Assembly: GCA_043824495.1 (NCBI GenBank)
Contig: JBDRSV010000014.1
Coordinates: 1-13,081 of the forward strand
From: Candidatus Aenigmatarchaeota archaeon
GTDB lineage: Archaea; Aenigmatarchaeota; Aenigmatarchaeia; QMZP01
DNA: 13,081 nt
Direction of reading: 5' to 3'
Shown: positions 8,268 through 13,081 of the stretch, in pieces
How positions within the stretch are numbered: position 1 is the first letter of the stretch
Layout of the letters: each line of letters begins with the position of its first letter
The notes under the pieces: generated by a model
What the model saw: the letters and a program-made list of their open reading frames with translations, nothing else
Database searches by the model: none
Told to the model about the DNA's origin: nothing
Made by a program: the position numbers and the translations under genes

Positions 8268-8942
8268 ATGAATGTTGATTGGGTCATAACAATGGGATTG
8301 TTTATAGGATTTGTTGTATGGGCTCTTAGTTTTTACAGTTCTTTCTTTACAGGAGTTGCAGACATTTCATCATTTGCAGATATAACAAACGGAAGAATAC
8401 TAGAAAATCTAACAATAGATAGTTACGAAGTTCCTATAAGATACAATTCATCTAATATGACTTCTAATACTGTTTTACATTTTGATTTTGTGTGGCCGGA
8501 AGATACACAAAACACAACTAAAATTTTCTCCGGAACAACGGAAATCACATGTTCAATTTTAAATAATGTGATATATTTCGAAACAGATTTAACTAATCTT
8601 ACTTACAATTATTTCAAAATGACGTTTAGTAAGAAGAATGTGACAGCAAACTGTGCCAATTTTGCACCTGCACACAATAGAACGCAGATAGTTCCATGGG
8701 CAATGCAGAAGAAGAGCCTAATCTCCCAGAGTATCATAAACATGATGACGAATCTTACTTATGCTGATTATAAATCACAGTTGGGAATAACACGAGATTT
8801 TAGAATAGAGATAAACGAAAGTGGAACAGAAACTAATTATGGTTTACCTTTACCAAATAATAGAAATGTGTATTCAAGAGAAACAACAACACGATTAGAA
8901 GAAACCAATTCTGAAGTTGATATAACAGTTATGGTATGGTAA
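8268..8942 (+). CDS. Membrane-anchored secreted glycoprotein, possibly pilin/type IV filament-associated
   Basis: Single N-terminal hydrophobic helix (VDWVITMGLFIGFVVWALSFY), ~9 N-glycosylation sequons, C-terminal beta strand ending in W. In-frame stop just upstream confirms the ATG start. Confidence 0.6.
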   Translation: MNVDWVITMGLFIGFVVWALSFYSSFFTGVADISSFADITNGRILENLTIDSYEVPIRYNSSNMTSNTVLHFDFVWPEDTQNTTKIFSGTTEITCSILNNVIYFETDLTNLTYNYFKMTFSKKNVTANCANFAPAHNRTQIVPWAMQKKSLISQSIINMMTNLTYADYKSQLGITRDFRIEINESGTETNYGLPLPNNRNVYSRETTTRLEETNSEVDITVMVW

Positions 8943-8978
8943 TGGGCACATGGGGATTCGAACCCCAATTACAGCCTG
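8943..8978 (-). tRNA. Orphan tRNA 3' half (positions ~38-73), isotype undetermined
   Basis: Minus strand C-AGGCT-GTAAT-TGGGG-TTCGAAT-CCCCA-TGTGCCC-A: perfect T-arm, 5-nt variable loop, acceptor 3' strand and A73. No matching D-arm or anticodon 5' strand in the adjacent 30 nt. Confidence 0.7.
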
Positions 8979-9008
8979 TTTACAATCTCTGCTTATGTTG
9001 AGGGGTGA

Positions 9009-9081
9009 TAGGCGAGCCGGGACTTGAACCCGGGTCTCGACCTCCGCAGGGTCAAATTCTATCCAACTAAACTACTCGCCT
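9009..9081 (-). tRNA. tRNA-Arg(GCG), intronless, CCA not encoded
   Basis: AGGCGAG TA GTTT AGTTGGATA GAAT T TGACC CTGCGGA GGTCG AGAC CCGGG TTCAAGT CCCGG CTCGCCT A: full cloverleaf, anticodon GCG, G37, A20 (Arg identity element), A1-U72. Confidence 0.95.
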
Positions 9082-10168
9082 TTTTTAGTTTTTCCATTTT
9101 ACTTGGATTACTCGAGTTTATCTCTTTTATCCATTTATTAAGCAATGTCGGCCCGTTTAGGGAGATTGTCCATTTATATACGGTTGGGATAAAGCCAAGT
9201 TTCTTGAGCATGCTCGTTGTTTGATCGATAAGTTTTTTTGATTTTATACTTATAGTGATTATGGGGTATCTTTTTTTTCTCATATAAATACAGCCGTCCG
9301 TGTCAAAAAGCCCACGTATAAACGAACAATACACTTCTTTATTTTTTGTTTTGAGTATTGATTCTGGGACTTCGGTTCTTTCGACTTTGTTTCCATAAGG
9401 AAGGCCTATGATTTTGTTTTTAAATTCTCCTAGCGCTTTGGAATAAATTTCAAATCCAGTAACACTTGGTAATTTCATGATTTTAAGGTCTATATTATAT
9501 AATTTCTTATAGAGCGCGACTAAATATTCTGTTACATATTCTTCTTCTTTTTTGTTACATTTAACGGAAAAATAGTGCCTGCTTTTTGATAAACACCCGT
9601 CGCCTAAATGTATACCAATTTCTTCTGCAAGTTCTTTGGACATTCTTTTTGGAAAAATCATACCCTTTCTTTTATCTGCCCATGTAAATTTTATTTTTTT
9701 ACTATTGAAAAAAACCTTGTTGTTTGTGAAGAAAGGGGTGTTTTCCTTTTCTAATTCTCGAATCTTAAGATCCCTTTTCTTTAATTTACCATCTATGGTC
9801 ATTTTAATTAAGTCTGTTCTGTATTTTTCCCATAGATTAAATAAAGCTTTTTTCCGATCTGGTCTCTTTCTTCCTTTATTTTTCTTACCGCCGATTTTGC
9901 CGCCCTTTACACATCCCCAATTATCTCTCTTCTCGTCTAATATCCGAATTTCTAATTTCTTTGGAATTATGTGACCCGGAATATACCTCTCCCCATATTT
10001 CCATGTCTTAAGAGTTCTTATAGGTATTTTCATTTTATGGGAAAGATCCTTTAGATTTTTGGCCCCATGATGATCTTTCAAAAAATCAAAAACTTTCTCT
10101 CTTGATTCATTATTCAATAAAAATCTCATAATTAATAATTGGTCACTCATGTTAATAATACTATCCAT
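9059..10168 (-). mobile_element. Free-standing LAGLIDADG (DOD-type) homing endonuclease with N-terminal HTH
   Basis: Motif 1 LAEEIGIHLGDGCL and motif 2 FIRGLFDTDGCI, both with acidic catalytic residues; N-terminal HTH-like LKDLSHKMKIPIRTLKTWKYGERYIP; very basic; no intein splicing termini. Alternative starts at 10150 or 10129. Confidence 0.85.
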
Positions 10169-10182
10169 TATACTATAGGCCC
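10158..10182 (-). tRNA. Orphan tRNA 5' fragment (positions 1-25)
   Basis: GGGCCTA TA GTAT AATGGATA GTAT: acceptor 5' strand, U8-A9, 4-bp D-stem (G.U, U-A, A-U, U.G), A14, G18G19, A21. The sequence after it forms no anticodon arm. Confidence 0.55.
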
Positions 10183-11079
10183 TTAAACTAAAGCTCCAAT
10201 TATGAATGCAAGCAATCCTATGAACATCCCAATTTTTATTTTTTTACTTAATTTAGAATAATCTTTCTTTTTCTTCGCTTTTGGTATTCTGTATATTATA
10301 TACAGGAAAAGAATGTCAGTGATCCATACAATTCCAATGTAGCTCAAACCAACTAATCCAATCAAATACGGAACAGGAGAAACCAATATTGCTCCGACCA
10401 ATGCTATTTGGGCAGTTGATTTAGCTTTTCTTTCACTGTATTTAAGTTTAGTTCCATCTCTTGTAATTTTGAATCTCTCTGCAAGTTTATCCTTAACTTT
10501 TGAAGATGCTCTTTTTAAGAAACTTTTTGTGTCTCCTTCCAAATCTTCCAAATCTTTTACAATCTCTCTGGCAACGTTTGCTAACATTGCAAGAACGAAA
10601 AATATGAAAGGTAGAGTCATATTACCCATTGCAGCTCCACCAAACAAGAATGTAGATCCGACTAAGTAACTCACTGCGAGATTCCCTAAAAGAGTTTTGT
10701 TTTGCAGAGAACGTGCATAGATGATTAACAGGAATGAATTAAATGCAGCTATAATAAGTGGGTAAATTGTATTTAGAGTTAGAGCTAGAGTTATTCCAAT
10801 AAGGAATAATATTATAGAAAACCATAATCCAGCAGATTTTGAAATTCTATCTGTTGCTAGTGGTCTATTTCTTCTATTTGCTTTATCAGAATCTATGTCA
10901 TAATAATCGTTTATTACATTACCAGCACCTGTGATCAAAAAAGCAGCAATCATAGCTATGTAAATAGGAGTAGTTGTAACCAGTAATGTAATATCAGAAA
11001 CAAGTAATCCACCAATAAAAACAGCAAATATACTCATAACACAATTTACCGGTCTCAGTAATTTGATATAATCTAACAT
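10183..11079 (-). CDS. UbiA-family prenyltransferase, likely digeranylgeranylglyceryl phosphate (DGGGP) synthase
   Basis: LLRPVNC N-terminus, first Asp-rich motif NDYYDIDSDKANRRNRPL, LGNLAVSYL, second motif REIVKDLEDLEGD; multiple TM helices. Confidence 0.85.
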   Translation of the reverse strand: MLDYIKLLRPVNCVMSIFAVFIGGLLVSDITLLVTTTPIYIAMIAAFLITGAGNVINDYYDIDSDKANRRNRPLATDRISKSAGLWFSIILFLIGITLALTLNTIYPLIIAAFNSFLLIIYARSLQNKTLLGNLAVSYLVGSTFLFGGAAMGNMTLPFIFFVLAMLANVAREIVKDLEDLEGDTKSFLKRASSKVKDKLAERFKITRDGTKLKYSERKAKSTAQIALVGAILVSPVPYLIGLVGLSYIGIVWITDILFLYIIYRIPKAKKKKDYSKLSKKIKIGMFIGLLAFIIGALV

Positions 11080-11082
11080 GCC

Positions 11083-11490
11083 TTACACCTTACTCACAGG
11101 ATGTCTTGCTCCACATGCTTCACATTTTAAGAAATAAAATTTGTCCTCTTTGGTTATTTTTGTGTCAGGTTTTTTGCACTCAGTGCATATCACATAAGAT
11201 TTCATATACAAATCAATTTTCTTATTCACAAGAGAAGTGGAAAATGTTCCAATTAATATTAAACTCTGACTAGATAGTTCCCAAGAAGTTGCTAGTTCTT
11301 TCGCTAGGAATTTTATCAAATGTTTTTGATCTCTTCTCAAAGCATTTGCTATCTCTATAATATTTTTAATTAAAGTTTTACTACCTTGAATTAAGACTAT
11401 CGGTTTAGGTACTTCAAACCTGTCTGTTGTTTCAACTTTATCAGGCACTTTCTTCATCCCCTCTTTTAGTAGCTCTTCATAGCTTTTCAT
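11083..11490 (-). CDS. eif2b: Translation initiation factor aIF-2 subunit beta
   Basis: RFEVPKP, GSKTLIKN, HLIKFLAKELAT, zinc ribbon CTEC...CEACGA; GTGAT RBS. Confidence 0.95.
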   Translation of the reverse strand: MKSYEELLKEGMKKVPDKVETTDRFEVPKPIVLIQGSKTLIKNIIEIANALRRDQKHLIKFLAKELATSWELSSQSLILIGTFSTSLVNKKIDLYMKSYVICTECKKPDTKITKEDKFYFLKCEACGARHPVSKV

Positions 11491-11588
11491 ACTATCACAT
11501 AGTTAGTTGATACTTATTAATGGTTAGTTAATCAGGACTTGGAATAGATATATAAATATTCATATCATATTAGAATAATAGTGGTTAT

Positions 11589-12719
11589 ATGACTGATTTT
11601 GATCAATATGGACCTGAAAAAATAGTAGAAATTCATGATCCTAAAACAGGAGCGCACGGTTTCACAGTTGTAGATAATACAGCATTAGGACCTGCAAAGG
11701 GTGGAATCAGAATGACTCCTACAGTTTCTATAGAGGAAGTTTCTAGATTAGCAAGAGCAATGACATGGAAATGTGCAATAGCAGATCTTCCTTTTGGTGG
11801 AGGTAAATCTGGTATAGTAACAAATCCAAGAGAAATAAGTCCAGAGAAAAAGCAAGATATTGTTGCAGCTTTCTCAAGAGGATTGAAAATAATTTCACCA
11901 GAACTCTATGTAGCAGCTCCTGACATGAACATGGCAGAAGAAGAAATGAGAACATTTGCAAATGCAAATGGATCTCTTAAATCGTGTACAGGAAAACCAG
12001 CTAATATGTGCGAAAAGGATGGGACTGGATGTGGTCTACCACATGAGCTTGGATCAACAGGATTCGGAGTATTTCATTCTATTGTTGTTGCAGCTAAACA
12101 CATCGGATTGAACCTAAATGGTGCAACTTTCTCAATTGAAGGATTCGGAAATGTAGGAACCTTCGCTGCTAAGTTCTTAGAAGAACTTGGAGCAAAAATG
12201 GTTGCAGTATCAGATTCCAAAGGATGTGTATACAACCCAAAAGGAATAGATGTCGCAAAAGCATTGAAAGTTAAACAAGAAACAAGATCAGTTTCCAATT
12301 ACGAAGACGGAAACAAGCATGATACCGGTGATATTTTTAGTTTAGAAGTAGATATAATTGTGCCTGCCGCACTTCCAGATGTAATCAACAAACAAAATTA
12401 TGAAAGTGTGAAGGCAAAAATAGTAGCAGAAGGAGCAAACATCCCAATGAAACATTGGATAGAAGAAGAATTTCATCAAAAGGGAATTCTTATAATTCCT
12501 GATATAGTTGCAAATGCAGGTGGTGTGATCTCTTCATATGCAGAGTATATAGGAAAAGATAAAGATTACATGTTCAAGCTTGTAGAAGAGAAAATAACAA
12601 AAAACACACAAATAGTTCTAGACCATGCAAAGAGTGAAAAAATTTCTCCAAGAAAAGCCGCAATGGAGATAGCAGAAAAAAGAGTTACAGAAGCAATGAA
12701 GAAAAAAGGAATGATGTAA
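11589..12719 (+). CDS. gdhA: Glutamate dehydrogenase (Glu/Leu/Phe/Val dehydrogenase family), compact form
   Basis: GPAKGGIR, MTWK, GGGKSG, APDMN, GFGNVG (dinucleotide binding), EGANIP and PDIVANAGGVISSY motifs. Confidence 0.9.
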   Translation: MTDFDQYGPEKIVEIHDPKTGAHGFTVVDNTALGPAKGGIRMTPTVSIEEVSRLARAMTWKCAIADLPFGGGKSGIVTNPREISPEKKQDIVAAFSRGLKIISPELYVAAPDMNMAEEEMRTFANANGSLKSCTGKPANMCEKDGTGCGLPHELGSTGFGVFHSIVVAAKHIGLNLNGATFSIEGFGNVGTFAAKFLEELGAKMVAVSDSKGCVYNPKGIDVAKALKVKQETRSVSNYEDGNKHDTGDIFSLEVDIIVPAALPDVINKQNYESVKAKIVAEGANIPMKHWIEEEFHQKGILIIPDIVANAGGVISSYAEYIGKDKDYMFKLVEEKITKNTQIVLDHAKSEKISPRKAAMEIAEKRVTEAMKKKGMM

Positions 12720-12801
12720 TTACTGGTTCATATTAGGCCATTTTCTTTGAATTAGATGAAGTATTATTCCTAGTAATATGGATATAATTAACCATCCAAT
12801 A

Positions 12802-13081
12802 TCACTTCAAAAACTGATCTACTTTATCCCTTGCTTTCTCTCTTTGATCTTGATGTTTTTCTAAGAATTTTGTCATTTTCTCAATTAGAATCTGTTTAAG
12901 CTCGCCTGTCAAGAGCTTTCCAGATTTGTACTCATCATGTATTTTTTTTATCTTCTTATCATCTTCTTCGAACATGAAATATAACATCTGATAAGAAATA
13001 TCCACATCAGGATTTCCGCCCTTTTCTCTATGTTCTTTAACGGTCTCTCTTCCTCCAGAAAATGCGTGTTTATTTATTTTT
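12802..13081 (-). CDS. trpS: Tryptophanyl-tRNA synthetase, C-terminal fragment (gene continues beyond window end)
   Basis: Frame is open to the window edge: KINKHAFSGGRETVKEHREKGGNPDVDISYQML...YKSGKLLTGELKQILI, the archaeal/eukaryotic TrpRS anticodon-binding domain. Confidence 0.95.
   Translation of the reverse strand, partial: KINKHAFSGGRETVKEHREKGGNPDVDISYQMLYFMFEEDDKKIKKIHDEYKSGKLLTGELKQILIEKMTKFLEKHQDQREKARDKVDQFLK

Noticed and set aside
8880-8978. Permuted tRNA (5' half downstream of the 3' half)
   Set aside because: The sequence downstream on the minus strand is the antisense of the 8268-8942 CDS and contains no tRNA 5' half.
8943-9008. A complete tRNA-Tyr(GTA) or tRNA-Thr(TGT) using the TTGTAAA loop-like sequence
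   Set aside because: No anticodon stem forms in any register, there is no D-arm or 5' acceptor strand in the 30-nt spacer, and archaeal tRNA-Tyr needs C1-G72.
9024-9224. 66-aa plus-strand ORF
   Set aside because: Antisense shadow of tRNA-Arg and the endonuclease; no protein features.
9396-9407. AGGCCTTCCTTA (minus strand) as the missing 26-37 exon; GGCCT pairs with AGGCT and would give a CUU anticodon
   Set aside because: Position 33 would be C rather than U, the required BHB helix (UCCU vs UGUA) pairs at only 2 of 4 positions, it lies in normal coding sequence (IGLPY), and several such 5-nt matches are expected by chance in 1.1 kb.
9059-10168. Intein or group I intron around the LAGLIDADG ORF
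   Set aside because: No host extein, no N-terminal C/S block or C-terminal HN, and no recognisable group I core by eye. The ORF fills nearly the whole interval, leaving no room for a ribozyme.
1154-11967. Other short overlapping ORFs in the track (1154-1402, 1395-1610, 2894-3202, 3764-4003, 5757-6086, 7066-7299, 7149-7376, 9636-9974, 10469-10669, 11743-11967; also 12074-12298)
   Set aside because: All lie antisense within well-supported genes and have shadow-frame composition.
8943-13081. Integrated virus or plasmid bounded by the tRNA 3' fragment as an att site
   Set aside because: No integrase, and the adjacent genes (UbiA, aIF-2beta, gdhA, trpS) are core. An ancient att relic cannot be fully excluded.
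1-13081. CRISPR array, rRNA, or stop-codon reassignment
   Set aside because: No regularly spaced repeats or rRNA-like GC-rich tract. Conserved genes end normally at TAA, TAG and TGA with full-length products under code 11.

Overview
AT-rich archaeal chromosomal segment, DPANN-like in style (inferred from gene content, compaction and AGGTGA/GGAGGT RBSs). It is mostly housekeeping: a 5'-truncated large surface glycoprotein, FAD synthase (ribL), GNAT acetyltransferase, a membrane protein, threonine synthase, uS15, EF-2, an archaeosortase-family protein, a pilin-like membrane-anchored protein, a UbiA-family DGGGP synthase, aIF-2beta, glutamate dehydrogenase and the 3' end of TrpRS. The standout is 8943-10182 on the minus strand. 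An orphan tRNA 5' fragment (positions 1-25) and an orphan tRNA 3' half (positions ~38-73) bracket a free-standing two-motif LAGLIDADG endonuclease ORF plus a complete tRNA-Arg(GCG) with an atypical A1-U72 pair. The longest ORF starts in the D-loop of the 5' fragment and stops in the D-arm of tRNA-Arg. This suggests split/trans-spliced tRNA pieces or a homing-endonuclease/tRNA cassette inserted into a tRNA gene; I could not rebuild the missing anticodon arm in cis. Other items missed by the ORF track: a 23-aa hyperacidic micropeptide gene with a strong RBS and its own promoter (2100-2171, minus), a Cys-to-Ser change at the archaeosortase nucleophile position, and a start-less TM-helix frame filling the trpS-gdhA gap.
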